A stretch of 64,000 bases of DNA from an uncultured Bacteroidales bacterium. Lineage in GTDB: Bacteria; Bacteroidota; Bacteroidia; Bacteroidales; P3. Under the pieces are notes generated by a model, which saw nothing but the letters and a program-made list of their open reading frames with translations, did no database searches and was not told the origin of the DNA. The stretch's first letter is position 1. Each line of letters begins with the position of its first letter. Of the stretch, positions 1-8,843 are shown piece after piece. The DNA lies in NCBI GenBank assembly GCA_900318275.1, contig ONJY01000009.1:7445-71444 (forward strand), written 5' to 3'. The position numbers and the translations under genes were made by a program.

Positions 1-11
1 CCCATAGGGGG

Positions 12-44
12 TAGTAGCCGTTTAGTAGCCGTTTAGTAGCCGTC
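12..44. repeat. tandem array of three 11-nt units (TAGTAGCCGTT x2, TAGTAGCCGTC), possibly truncated by the window edge
   Basis: Read directly: units at 12-22, 23-33, 34-44. The same TAGCCGT 11-mer family recurs at 27290-27322. Confidence 0.85.
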
Positions 45-146
45 CAGCAGGAAAAGAAAAAAAACATATTATGCAATTTAATATGACGACGGCATACTAA
101 AATAGAAAAGTCGGCGTTATAATAGACGCCATAAAGATTGGCAACG

Positions 147-728
147 ATGAAAAGACTGAAATTCATAATATTACTGGCGGCCATGCTTGCAGCAGGCACA
201 GCCTTCGGACAGGAGCACTACACCTTCGGCACCGTCCTCGACGGCGACACCGTGCCTCTTTACTACCTGCGCGAGGTGACGGTGTACAGCAGCGGCATGC
301 TACTCACCCCCAGGGAGATACGCCAGAACGCCAAGCTCATCAAGAACGTGCGTATCATGCGTCCCTACGCTCTTGAGGGCAAACGGCGCCTCGACAAGCT
401 GGAGGTGGAGATTGCCGCCCTGCCGCGCCGCGACCGCCGCGCCGCCATCAAGGAGGCCGAACGGCAGCTGCTGGCCGACTACAAGGGCGAGCTCTCCAAC
501 TACACCTTTTCGCAGGGGCTGGTGCTCATCAAGCTCATCGACCGCGAAACCAACCGGTCGGCCTACAAGATTGTGGGCGAGCTGCGTGGCTCGCTGCGCG
601 CTGGCCTCTACCAGGCAATAGCCAAACTCTTCGGCTACAACCTCAAGGACACTTTCGACCCCAAACGCAACAAGAAGGACGACCTGATAGACCGCATCTG
701 CATCTCGATAGACCGCGGACAGATTTGA
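147..728 (+). CDS. secreted hypothetical protein, DUF4294-like
   Basis: ORF 138..728. The ATG at 147 gives a signal peptide, MKRLKFIILLAAMLAAGTAFG. Overall resemblance to the Bacteroidota DUF4294 family is from memory only. Confidence 0.6.
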   Translation: MKRLKFIILLAAMLAAGTAFGQEHYTFGTVLDGDTVPLYYLREVTVYSSGMLLTPREIRQNAKLIKNVRIMRPYALEGKRRLDKLEVEIAALPRRDRRAAIKEAERQLLADYKGELSNYTFSQGLVLIKLIDRETNRSAYKIVGELRGSLRAGLYQAIAKLFGYNLKDTFDPKRNKKDDLIDRICISIDRGQI

Positions 729-734
729 CGACTT

Positions 735-1301
735 ATGAAAGGATATTGTTTTCTGACGGCGGTGCCCATGAGGGCCGAGGCCAGCGACCGCAGCGAGATG
801 GTGAACCAGCTGGTGCTGGGCGACACCGTGGAAGTGCTTGAGAGGCAGGAGAAATGGTCGCACGTGAAGAGCGAATACGACGGCTACGAGGGCTGGGTGG
901 ACAACAAGCAGTACGCCCCCTTTGAGGATGCCGCCTCGCTGGCCGAGAACCTCTTCCTCGGCACACCCTACCTCTGGGGCGGGCGCTCCACAGGCGGCAT
1001 CGACTGCAGCGGTCTCACACAGATATGCTTCAAAGCCAATGGTATCTGGCTGCCCCGCGACGCCAGCCAGCAGGCCACCTGTGGCGTCGAAGTCTGCGCC
1101 TGCGACATACAGCGCGACGACCTAGCCTTCTTCCACAACGCACAGGGACGCATCATACATGTGGGCATCTGCATGGGCGACGGCCGCATCATACACGCTT
1201 CAGGACAGGTACGCATCGACACCCTCGACCTTCGCGGCATTCTCGTTGATAAGACCGGCACCTACAGCCACCAGCTGCATACCATACGGCGCATTAAATA
1301 A
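735..1301 (+). CDS. NlpC/P60 (C40) cell-wall endopeptidase with N-terminal SH3-like domain
   Basis: Catalytic Cys motif GTPYLWGGRSTGGIDCSGL; downstream HVGICMGDGRIIHAS His region. Only 6 nt after the previous gene. Confidence 0.85.
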   Translation: MKGYCFLTAVPMRAEASDRSEMVNQLVLGDTVEVLERQEKWSHVKSEYDGYEGWVDNKQYAPFEDAASLAENLFLGTPYLWGGRSTGGIDCSGLTQICFKANGIWLPRDASQQATCGVEVCACDIQRDDLAFFHNAQGRIIHVGICMGDGRIIHASGQVRIDTLDLRGILVDKTGTYSHQLHTIRRIK

Positions 1302-1312
1302 AAGAATACACG

Positions 1313-1999
1313 ATGAAGACAAGATACATGACATTGGCTGTGGCAGTTATGTTCACATGCCTCGCCCTCACATCATGCTTAAAAGACGACGACAGAGAGG
1401 CTCTGCATCAGTCGAAGTGGGTTGACCTCGACCTGCCGAGCGGCTTGCTGTGGGCCAAATGCAACGTCGGCGCCAGCACGCCGGAGAGTCACGGCGACCT
1501 CTTTGCCTGGGGCGAGACAGAGACGAAAGACAGCTACATGTGGGCGACCTATAACTACAGCAACAGCAGCGGAGAGCTCACAAAATACTGCAGCCGCCCC
1601 ATGTACGGCAGGTTCCACTTCACCGACCAGCTAACCGTCCTTGAGCCCGACGACGACGCTGCGACGGCTCGTCTCGGCAGATGGGCCCGCATTCCCACAA
1701 AAGAAGAGTGGCAGGAGCTCATCGACAACACCACAGCCACCTGGACGACGCAGAACGGCGCGAAGGGTTACCTGCTCACCGCCGAAAACGGCAAGAGCCT
1801 GTTTCTGCCGGCCGCAGGATTTTGTTCGGACAGGACCATCGACGAGGATGGCATAGGTGGCAACTACTGGTCAAGCTCGCTCGAAACGAGCTACCCGACC
1901 AATGCATTCTACATAGACTTCAACGCCGAGCACTTCGACCTCAGCTACGCCAGCCGCTACTATGGTTTCTCGGTCCGAGCCGTGAAAGACACGCAATAG
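1313..1999 (+). CDS. lipoprotein with DUF1566 / Fibrobacter-paralogous (FISUMP)-type domain
   Basis: Lipobox LTSC. Motifs [37 protein letters not shown]. Paralogue at 48598..49350. Confidence 0.7.
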   Translation: MKTRYMTLAVAVMFTCLALTSCLKDDDREALHQSKWVDLDLPSGLLWAKCNVGASTPESHGDLFAWGETETKDSYMWATYNYSNSSGELTKYCSRPMYGRFHFTDQLTVLEPDDDAATARLGRWARIPTKEEWQELIDNTTATWTTQNGAKGYLLTAENGKSLFLPAAGFCSDRTIDEDGIGGNYWSSSLETSYPTNAFYIDFNAEHFDLSYASRYYGFSVRAVKDTQ

Positions 2000-2020
2000 A
2001 AACAGCCATACATAGTGTTA

Positions 2021-2050
2021 AAAAAGTGCTCTTCCGGGCACTTTTTTATT
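2021..2050 (+). terminator. rho-independent terminator
   Basis: Stem AAAAGTGC / GCACTTTT followed by a T-run (cttttttatttt), just after the stop at 1999. Confidence 0.7.
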
Positions 2051-2078
2051 TTCATGTCACAAAAAATTCGTATCTTTG
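2049..2078 (+). promoter_or_regulatory. Bacteroidota-type promoter for lysS (-7 box TATCTTTG 2071-2078; weak -33 TTTC)
   Basis: Exact TAnnTTTG match 38 nt upstream of the lysS ATG. The -33 element is imperfect. Confidence 0.5.
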
Positions 2079-2115
2079 CACTTTAATTTTAGAACAACAA
2101 ACAGGCAAACATATT

Positions 2116-3840
2116 ATGGCAGAACTTACTGAGCAAGAACAGATACGCCGCAATTCGCTGGCAGAGCTGAAGAACTTGGGTATCAACCCCTACCCCGCAG
2201 CCCTCTATGAGGTGAACGCCAAAAGCGCAGAAATACTGGAGAAATTCCCGCAGGACAACACCCTCTTCCAGAACATCAGCATAGCAGGCCGCATCATGAG
2301 CCGCCGCATCATGGGCGCCGCCTCGTTTGTGGAGCTGCAGGACAGCTACGGCCGCATACAGCTGTACATCAAGCGTGACGAGATATGCCCCGATGAGGAC
2401 AAGACCCTCTACAACACCGTCTTCAAACGCCTGCTCGACATTGGCGACATCATCGGCGTGACAGGCTATGTCTTTGTCACCCAGATGGGTGAGACCAGTA
2501 TCCATGTGAAGAGTCTCACGGTGCTCAGCAAGAGCCTCCGCCCCCTGCCTATCGTCAAGGAGAAGGATGGCGTAGTGTACGACGCCTTCAGCGACCCCGA
2601 GCTGCGCTACCGACAGCGCTATGTCGACCTCATTGTCAACCCGCAGGTGCGCGAGACCTTTGTGCAGCGCGCCAAGATAGTCAACGAGATGCGCACCTAC
2701 TTCAACGAGCAGGGCTACCTCGAAGTAGACACTCCGGTGCTGCAGAGCATTCCCGGCGGCGCTGCCGCGCGTCCCTTCATCACGCACCATAACGCCCTCG
2801 ACATCGACCTCTACCTGCGCATAGCCAACGAGCTGTATCTCAAGCGCCTCATCGTGGGTGGCTTCAAGGGCGTATACGAGTTCAGCCGCAACTTCCGCAA
2901 CGAAGGCATGGACCGTACCCACAACCCCGAGTTCACCTGCATGGAGATATATGTGGCCTACAAGGACTACAACTGGATGATGACCTTCACGGAGAACATG
3001 CTGGAGCGCATCGCCAAAGCCCTGCATGGCACCACCAAGGTCAACGTCTGGGGCAACGAGATAGATTTCAAGCCGCCGTTCCGCCGCGCCCCCATGTGCC
3101 AGCTCATCAAGGAGGAGACTGGCGTGGACGTGGCCCCCATGAGCGAGGAGGAGCTCCGCGAGGCCTGCAAGCGCCTCGGCGTGGAGACCGACCAGACCAT
3201 GGGCAAGGGCAAGCTCATCGACGCCATCTTCGGCGAGAAATGCGAGGGCAAGCTCATACAGCCCACCTTCGTCACCGACTATCCCATCGAGATGTCGCCC
3301 CTCTGCAAGCGCCACCGCGACAACCCTGAACTCACCGAGCGCTTCGAGCTCTTCGTATGTGGCAAGGAGTTGGCCAACGCCTACAGCGAGCTCAACGACC
3401 CCATCGACCAGCTGGGCCGCTTCCAGGAGCAGCTGCGCCTGAGCGAAAAAGGCGACGACGAGGCCATGTTCATAGACATGGACTTCGTGCGTGCACTTGA
3501 ATACGGCATGCCTCCGACCTCCGGCATGGGCATAGGCATCGACCGCCTCGTCATGATGATGACCGGCGCCGAGAGCATTCAGGACGTGCTTCTCTTCCCG
3601 CAGATGAAGCCTGAGGTACACGCCAAGTCCGGAGAAGAGGAGTCTTCCGACCTCACCGCACACGGTGTCGACGAGGCTTGGGTACCCGTGCTGCAGAAAG
3701 CCGGTGTCAAAACCTACGAGCAGCTCAAAGCCGCCAACCCCAACAAGCTCTTCAACGACCTAGGAGGCCTCCGCAAGAAGCTTAAACTCGACATCCCTGC
3801 CCTCAAGAGAGAGCAGTTCGACGCATGGTTCAATGATTAA
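2116..3840 (+). CDS. lysS: lysine--tRNA ligase (class II)
   Basis: The ATG at 2116 ([27 protein letters not shown]) lies inside track ORF 1681..3840. Unmistakable LysRS core ([26 protein letters not shown]). About 574 aa. Confidence 0.95.
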   Translation: MAELTEQEQIRRNSLAELKNLGINPYPAALYEVNAKSAEILEKFPQDNTLFQNISIAGRIMSRRIMGAASFVELQDSYGRIQLYIKRDEICPDEDKTLYNTVFKRLLDIGDIIGVTGYVFVTQMGETSIHVKSLTVLSKSLRPLPIVKEKDGVVYDAFSDPELRYRQRYVDLIVNPQVRETFVQRAKIVNEMRTYFNEQGYLEVDTPVLQSIPGGAAARPFITHHNALDIDLYLRIANELYLKRLIVGGFKGVYEFSRNFRNEGMDRTHNPEFTCMEIYVAYKDYNWMMTFTENMLERIAKALHGTTKVNVWGNEIDFKPPFRRAPMCQLIKEETGVDVAPMSEEELREACKRLGVETDQTMGKGKLIDAIFGEKCEGKLIQPTFVTDYPIEMSPLCKRHRDNPELTERFELFVCGKELANAYSELNDPIDQLGRFQEQLRLSEKGDDEAMFIDMDFVRALEYGMPPTSGMGIGIDRLVMMMTGAESIQDVLLFPQMKPEVHAKSGEEESSDLTAHGVDEAWVPVLQKAGVKTYEQLKAANPNKLFNDLGGLRKKLKLDIPALKREQFDAWFND

Positions 3841-4468
3841 GCTGTTTACCTTTAACCACTTCGAGGTCAACTGCTACCTCATCGTAGACGCCTCACGGCA
3901 GTGCGCCATCGTGGACCCTGCCTGCGAGGCATCGTTCGAGGATGCACAGCTGACGCAATACATTGAGCAGGAGAACCTCACGGTGACGCATATCCTTCTC
4001 ACCCACGCCCACGTGGACCACATCGCGGGCCTGCGGCAGGTGTGCGAGCACTACAAGATGCCTGTCACCATGCATGCTGAAGGATGCAAACTGCTACGAC
4101 AGGCTGAGGCCTACGGCTCTATCATGGGCTTTGCGGTAGACAATATGGGAGACCTTGAGGTACAGACGGTAGAGGACGGTGAAATACTGCATGTAGGCGA
4201 CACCGAGGTGGAATGCCGCTACGTGCCGGGCCACTGCCCGGGAAGTATCTGCTTCGTGCTGCCGCAGGAGAAAGCCGTCATCACCGGCGACGCTCTCTTC
4301 CACTTCAGCATCGGACGCACCGACCTGCCCGGCGGAGACTACCCCACCCTCATCGAGAAACTCAAGACACGCATACTCACACTGCCCGACGACTACAGCG
4401 TCCTTCCTGGCCACGGCATCGCCAGCCAGATAGGCAAGGAACGCAAATACAACAGCTTCCTGACATGA
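3833..4468 (+). CDS. MBL-fold metallo-hydrolase (glyoxalase II-like)
   Basis: HxHxDH motif [10 protein letters not shown]. Start overlaps the lysS stop (ATGATTAA). Confidence 0.85.
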   Translation: MIKLFTFNHFEVNCYLIVDASRQCAIVDPACEASFEDAQLTQYIEQENLTVTHILLTHAHVDHIAGLRQVCEHYKMPVTMHAEGCKLLRQAEAYGSIMGFAVDNMGDLEVQTVEDGEILHVGDTEVECRYVPGHCPGSICFVLPQEKAVITGDALFHFSIGRTDLPGGDYPTLIEKLKTRILTLPDDYSVLPGHGIASQIGKERKYNSFLT

Positions 4469-5142
4469 ATGTAAAGATAGACCCAACGTGGTACGAGGTG
4501 CTACGGCCGCAGTTTGAGTCGCCCTATTTCGTCGACCTCAAGCAGTTCCTCGTCACCGAGCGAACCCAGCACACATGCTACCCTCCTGGAAGCAAGATCT
4601 TTGCCGCCTTCGACAGCACCCCCTTCGACAAGGTCAAGGCCGTCATCATAGGTCAGGATCCCTACCACGAGCCTGGACAGGCCATGGGACTATGCTTCTC
4701 AGTGCCGCAAGGTGTGCAGGTGCCACCGTCGCTGGTGAACATCATCAAGGAAATCAACGACGACCTGGGCACCCAGATTCCCTCCACCAGCGGCGACCTC
4801 AGCGGTTGGGCGCAACAGGGAGTGTTGTTGCTCAACGCCACCCTCACCGTGCGCGAGCATGCCGCCGGCAGCCACCAACACCACGGCTGGGAGGAGTTTA
4901 CCGACGCCGCCATCAGCGCCCTCAACGAGCACCGCAAAGGCATCGTCTTCCTCCTCTGGGGCAGCTACGCCATCAGCAAGCGCAAGCTCATCAACCCACT
5001 GCACCACTGCATATTGACAGCCCCGCATCCATCGCCGCTCTCAGCCTATCGAGGCTTCTTCGGATGCCGTCATTTCAGCCGCGCCAACGCCTATCTTCAG
5101 AGCATCGGCCAAACGCCTATCGACTGGACCTGCATCGGTTAG
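4465..5142 (+). CDS. ung: uracil-DNA glycosylase
   Basis: The ATG at 4465 overlaps the upstream TGA (ATGA). Motifs VIIGQDPYH, LLLNATLTV and HPSPLSA are family-1 UDG signatures. Confidence 0.92.
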   Translation: MNVKIDPTWYEVLRPQFESPYFVDLKQFLVTERTQHTCYPPGSKIFAAFDSTPFDKVKAVIIGQDPYHEPGQAMGLCFSVPQGVQVPPSLVNIIKEINDDLGTQIPSTSGDLSGWAQQGVLLLNATLTVREHAAGSHQHHGWEEFTDAAISALNEHRKGIVFLLWGSYAISKRKLINPLHHCILTAPHPSPLSAYRGFFGCRHFSRANAYLQSIGQTPIDWTCIG

Positions 5143-6383
5143 TCGCGGTGGCGCAACAGCACCTGCGGCATCAGCAACATCACAACGACCACCACCGTCA
5201 GCGCCACCAACAATGGTGACGAGAGGTTTATGTCATCGACGACAGCATAAGGCAACCTGCCCACCCATGCCGTGAGGGTGTCTACGCCTCGTAGCAGAAG
5301 TGAGAGCGGCCACGCCGTTACGGCGCATGGCAGCAGCATATAAAGCAGTGAAAGTCCCAGTATTACACCTGCCGCAGGCACAACGATCACGTTGGCCACA
5401 ACAAAGTAGAGCGGCAGGCGATGGAAGGTGGCCACCACCACCGGCAGTGTGGCCAGCGTGGCAGCGACACTCACGGCTGCAGCCTGCCCCACGGTGGTGC
5501 GCAGAGCCTGGATGGCAGGCTGGGCCAGAATGATGCCCGCCACGGCGCTGAACGACAACTGCCACCCCACGTCATAAATCAGCAGCGGGTCGACGACAAG
5601 CATCACTATGGCTGCCAGTGCCAACAGGTTGAGCGGCACCACACGACGCGCCACCATATCGTTGACGATGAACATCGAGAACATCAGCGCTGCACGCAAC
5701 GTGGATGGCGCCAACCCCGTGATGAGGGCAAAGAGCCACACAGCGACAAGCTGCATCGCACCGCGCACCACACGGCCACGCCGTTCGCGCCCTGTCCACC
5801 TGAAGAGCCCACCAACCATGGCTGCCAGCAGCCCCACATGCAAACCACTGACCGCCAACATGTGCGCCAAGCCGGCATTACGGTAGTGCGCCCGTGTGTC
5901 GCGGTCGATGCCGCCTTTCCAGCCCAGCGCCAGCGCTTCAGCAACACTACAGTCGCGGAGCGGTCCGTCCTGCATACGTTGCAGCAGCCGACGGCGCAAC
6001 GCCTCGCTGTGGGCACGGAGCGACGTGCTGTCGCGAGCGATGACAATGTAATGGTCTGACGTCAGATAGATGCTTCGACGCAGGATGTCGGGATAGCCGT
6101 GCAGCAACAGAGTGTCGCCATAGCGCAGAGTGCGTGCCAGCGTGTCGTTACGGAAATACAGCCTAATGTCGCCGCACCTCTGCATATTATTGATTTTCAT
6201 TACATTACCCTCACAAACTGCAACATCCCCCAAATTAGTGGGTATGTCGCTGAGGCACACGGTCATATATACCTTGGGCTGGCAGTGGCGGTACCACAGC
6301 CGTTCGGCGCGCCACAGACCTCCGGTGAGGGCGACAAGGACCACGAACGCCAGTGCCACAGGCACCAACGGGACCTTACGCAT
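5139..6383 (-). CDS. ComEC/Rec2-family competence channel protein (short form, no beta-lactamase-like domain)
   Basis: Motif NAGLAHMLAVSGLHVGLL followed by multiple TM helices, typical of the Competence domain. 414 aa. Confidence 0.75.
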   Translation of the reverse strand: MRKVPLVPVALAFVVLVALTGGLWRAERLWYRHCQPKVYMTVCLSDIPTNLGDVAVCEGNVMKINNMQRCGDIRLYFRNDTLARTLRYGDTLLLHGYPDILRRSIYLTSDHYIVIARDSTSLRAHSEALRRRLLQRMQDGPLRDCSVAEALALGWKGGIDRDTRAHYRNAGLAHMLAVSGLHVGLLAAMVGGLFRWTGRERRGRVVRGAMQLVAVWLFALITGLAPSTLRAALMFSMFIVNDMVARRVVPLNLLALAAIVMLVVDPLLIYDVGWQLSFSAVAGIILAQPAIQALRTTVGQAAAVSVAATLATLPVVVATFHRLPLYFVVANVIVVPAAGVILGLSLLYMLLPCAVTAWPLSLLLRGVDTLTAWVGRLPYAVVDDINLSSPLLVALTVVVVVMLLMPQVLLRHRD

Positions 6384-7020
6384 GGTTGAGTATCAGCTCG
6401 TCGAGACGCACTTTGGGCACATAGTGCACGCTGTCGCGACGGTAGTAGGCGCGTGGCGAGTCGGCATCGGTGGGCACCAGCTCGATGCGGTCTGTGCCTT
6501 TGCCAACGGCCATCAGCATCAGTGGCTCGCAGGGCAGACCCAACGCCTCGCGCAGCTTCTCGCGGTTGAAGGCACCTATCATCAGTGTGTTGAGCCCCAT
6601 CTCTACAGCCTTTAGCGCCATGCTCTGCAGAGCAATGCCAAGGTCTATGTCGACGAGTTTGCTCTCAGGCGTCACCGAGCAGCAGACGATAAAAGCTTCG
6701 GGCTCGGTGCCGGGCAGCGGCAGATGCAGTTCGGGCAGGGCGGCGCCCATCTTGACGAGCGGCAGCACGCAGTCGGCGCCGGAGTCCTTGTTCACCAGCC
6801 AGTAGCGCAGCACCTGCTGGTTGCAGCCCGAGGGCAGCTTGGTGCAGACGCTCACAATGCGCTCCAACTCAGCCCGCGAGACGACATAATTTTTGTTGTA
6901 CCCGCGATGGCTGCGGCTGCGCTGCAACAGGGTGTCGACGGTGTTGCCGATGCGCTTCACCTTGGGGCGGTTGGCGCCGAGGGTTTCCTCGTAGCGCTTC
7001 TCCAGATAATTGTCCGCCAT
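6376..7020 (-). CDS. nitroreductase-family NAD(P)H oxidoreductase
   Basis: N-terminus MADNYLEKRYEE...RSRSHRGY and overall nitroreductase-fold pattern. 8-nt overlap with the ComEC start. Confidence 0.75.
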   Translation of the reverse strand: MADNYLEKRYEETLGANRPKVKRIGNTVDTLLQRSRSHRGYNKNYVVSRAELERIVSVCTKLPSGCNQQVLRYWLVNKDSGADCVLPLVKMGAALPELHLPLPGTEPEAFIVCCSVTPESKLVDIDLGIALQSMALKAVEMGLNTLMIGAFNREKLREALGLPCEPLMLMAVGKGTDRIELVPTDADSPRAYYRRDSVHYVPKVRLDELILNHA

Positions 7021-7038
7021 AGCGATGCATTTATATGA

Positions 7039-7503
7039 TCAGTTGATTTTATTCCAGTATACAGACTCGCTGATGAGCAGCACGGAGCCTGTTATCTTCA
7101 AGCGGCCGTCGGCGGCGAAGCTGGCCGTCATCTTGGCCTTCACGCCGCGTTGCGGGTCGTAGATCTTGGTGCCGCCCCATTCGTGGTCTTTGCCGTCGTA
7201 CTTGAGGCCGCTGAAGATGACAATGCGGTCGGCCGGAGTGTTGCGGAGGCTCTTGTCGGGGTTCTTGGTGTCGAGGATTTTGTTGCCGTCCTTGTTCTTG
7301 TCTTTCTCCATCCATATTATCTGTCCGCGGTAGGTTCCGTCCTTCAATTTTTCAATTTTTGCCCTAAAACGGTCACCGTTTTGCACACTTTCGTATATTC
7401 CGACGATATTGTCGGCCTTGTCATTGAGGGCGTTCTGAGCCACAGCGAACTGACCACACATCAGTGTGATTGCCAGCAACATCAATACATTTTTCACTTT
7501 CAT
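7039..7503 (-). CDS. DUF2147 domain-containing secreted protein
   Basis: Signal peptide plus GIYESV...GQIIWMEK...DTKNPDKSLRNTP...GGTKIYDPQRGVKAK pattern, recalled as DUF2147. Confidence 0.7.
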   Translation of the reverse strand: MKVKNVLMLLAITLMCGQFAVAQNALNDKADNIVGIYESVQNGDRFRAKIEKLKDGTYRGQIIWMEKDKNKDGNKILDTKNPDKSLRNTPADRIVIFSGLKYDGKDHEWGGTKIYDPQRGVKAKMTASFAADGRLKITGSVLLISESVYWNKIN

Positions 7504-7551
7504 AGCAGAAATGTTTTAGAGTGCAAAGATACAAAAAAAATGAAAAATTAT

Positions 7552-7582
7552 TTTGCCAGTTTGAAAAAAGTGTGTACTTTTG
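7552..7582 (+). promoter_or_regulatory. promoter of tRNA-Val(GAC): TTTG (7552-7555) N19 TACTTTTG (7575-7582)
   Basis: Exact -33/-7 consensus. 36 of 38 nt are identical to the promoter at 22096-22126. Confidence 0.8.
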
Positions 7583-7618
7583 CACCCGATTTCGCGAGAG
7601 AAATCCAACCTTGAAATT

Positions 7619-7696
7619 GATCTGTTAGCTCAGTTGGTTTAGAGCGCTTGCTTGACAGGCAAGAGGTCACAAGTTCAAATCTTGTACAGATCACCA
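7619..7696 (+). tRNA. tRNA-Val (anticodon GAC), CCA encoded
   Basis: Hand-folded cloverleaf: acceptor GATCTGT/ACAGATC, anticodon stem CTTGC/GCAAG with loop TTGACAG, T-arm ACAAG-TTCAAAT-CTTGT. Confidence 0.9.
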
Positions 7697-7697
7697 T

Positions 7698-7734
7698 CCC
7701 TGCAACCACCACAGGTGCAGGGTTTTCTTTTTTT
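7698..7734 (+). terminator. rho-independent terminator after tRNA-Val
   Basis: Stem CCCTGCAACC / GGTGCAGGG followed by TTTTCTTTTTTT. Confidence 0.8.
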
Positions 7735-7758
7735 ACCATACCCGCCCTTCGCCACCGT

Positions 7759-7860
7759 CTCGGAGCCCCTTCGGCCACTCTACGGCCTTTCGACGGCCTT
7801 TCGACGGCCTTCCACTGAAGAAATGCCGAAGGGGGGCCGTAGGGGCTCCGTACCGGCTCC
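7759..7860. repeat. CCGAAGGG-arm modular palindromic element, copy A
   Basis: Contains CTCGGAGCCCCTTCGGCC, two tandem CGGCCTTTCGA 11-mers, CACTGAAGAA and ATGCCGAAGGGG. Positions 7783-7834 are identical (52/52) to 40010-40061. Confidence 0.85.
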
Positions 7861-7989
7861 ATACCAAAACGACTCCGTCTACATACCCGAACGGCACCGT
7901 AAATATACTTAATTTAAAAATAATCCATACTGCAGGGCAATAAAAAACGGGGGAGTGCGTTATAGACCACAAACACTAAACACAGCACT

Positions 7990-8841
7990 ATGAATCTTAA
8001 CGGAAGACGACAGAGCAGCAACTTCGAAGACCGTCGCGGCAAAGGCGGCGGCAAGATTGCCGGCCTTGGCATCGGCGGCGTCATCATAGCGGGTCTTATA
8101 GCCTTGCTCTTCGGCGGCAACCCCACCGAGGTGATACAGCAGCTCGGTAGCCAAAGCACACAGACCGAAGAATATATACCCACAGCACAAGAAGAGCAGC
8201 TCAAGACCTTCGCCTTGCAGATACTGGCATCGACGGAGGATGTGTGGAGCGACCAGTTCAAGCGTATGGGCCTCACCTACCGCGCCCCCAAGTTGGTGAT
8301 ATTCAAAGGCTCGGTACAGAGCGGCTGCGGCAGCGCCACCTCGTCGGTGGGTCCCTTCTACTGCTCAGCCGACGAGTGCGTCTACCTCGACCTCGACTTC
8401 TTCAACGAGATGCCCAAGAGCCTCGGCGCCGGCGGCGACTTCGCCTACGCCTACGTCATAGCCCACGAGGTGGGACACCATGTGGAACATCTGCTGGGGA
8501 CCCTCGACAAGGCTCACAGCCAGATGGCGCGAATGGACGACACCGAGAAGAACCGAATGAGCGTGCGCATAGAACTGCTGGCCGACTACTACGCCGGCGT
8601 GTGGGGTTACCACGAGAACAAAACATTCGGCTCGCTGGAGGACGGCGACCTCGAAGAGGCCATAGGCGCGGCACAGAAAATCGGCGACGATTACCTGCAG
8701 AAGCGCGCCCGCGGACAGGTGATGCCCGAGAGTTTCACCCACGGCACCTCGGCACAGCGTGTGAAATGGCTGCGCAAAGGCCTCACCACGGGCGACCTGC
8801 GCGGCGGCGACACCTTCTCGCAGAACTATAACCAGCTGTAA
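7990..8841 (+). CDS. YpfJ-family neutral zinc metallopeptidase
   Basis: N-terminus MNLNGRRQSSNFEDRRGKGGG, one TM helix, HEVGHH zinc motif. Confidence 0.85.
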   Translation: MNLNGRRQSSNFEDRRGKGGGKIAGLGIGGVIIAGLIALLFGGNPTEVIQQLGSQSTQTEEYIPTAQEEQLKTFALQILASTEDVWSDQFKRMGLTYRAPKLVIFKGSVQSGCGSATSSVGPFYCSADECVYLDLDFFNEMPKSLGAGGDFAYAYVIAHEVGHHVEHLLGTLDKAHSQMARMDDTEKNRMSVRIELLADYYAGVWGYHENKTFGSLEDGDLEEAIGAAQKIGDDYLQKRARGQVMPESFTHGTSAQRVKWLRKGLTTGDLRGGDTFSQNYNQL

Positions 8842-8843
8842 TC

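Noticed and set aside
1681-2115. N-terminal extensions of track ORFs (1681 for lysS, 4213 for ung, 11018 for kdsC, 11317 for rlpA-like, 34156 for the phosphatase, 34889 for the PurL-like gene, 40087 for yceD, 45145 for rluD, 49395 for GH29)
   Set aside because: The extensions overlap the preceding gene or promoter/terminator elements and translate to Arg/Pro/His-rich junk. Internal ATGs give native-looking N-termini or signal peptides and sit just downstream of TAnnTTTG boxes.
2089-3663. 524-aa ORF on the minus strand opposite lysS
   Set aside because: It is an antisense shadow ORF. The sense strand encodes an unmistakable LysRS. The antisense product is low-complexity and rich in Ala/Val/Gly/Leu/His, as expected from stop-poor antisense frames of GC-rich genes.
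7548-7972. ORFs 7548..7862, 7652..7912 and 7733..7972, plus 39876..40181, which share a PLRHFFSGRPSKGRRKA peptide
   Set aside because: The shared peptide is simply the translation of the repeated CCGAAGGG-arm element. These ORFs run across a tRNA gene, a terminator and promoters, and they have no start context. They are probably the source of spurious 'hypothetical proteins'.
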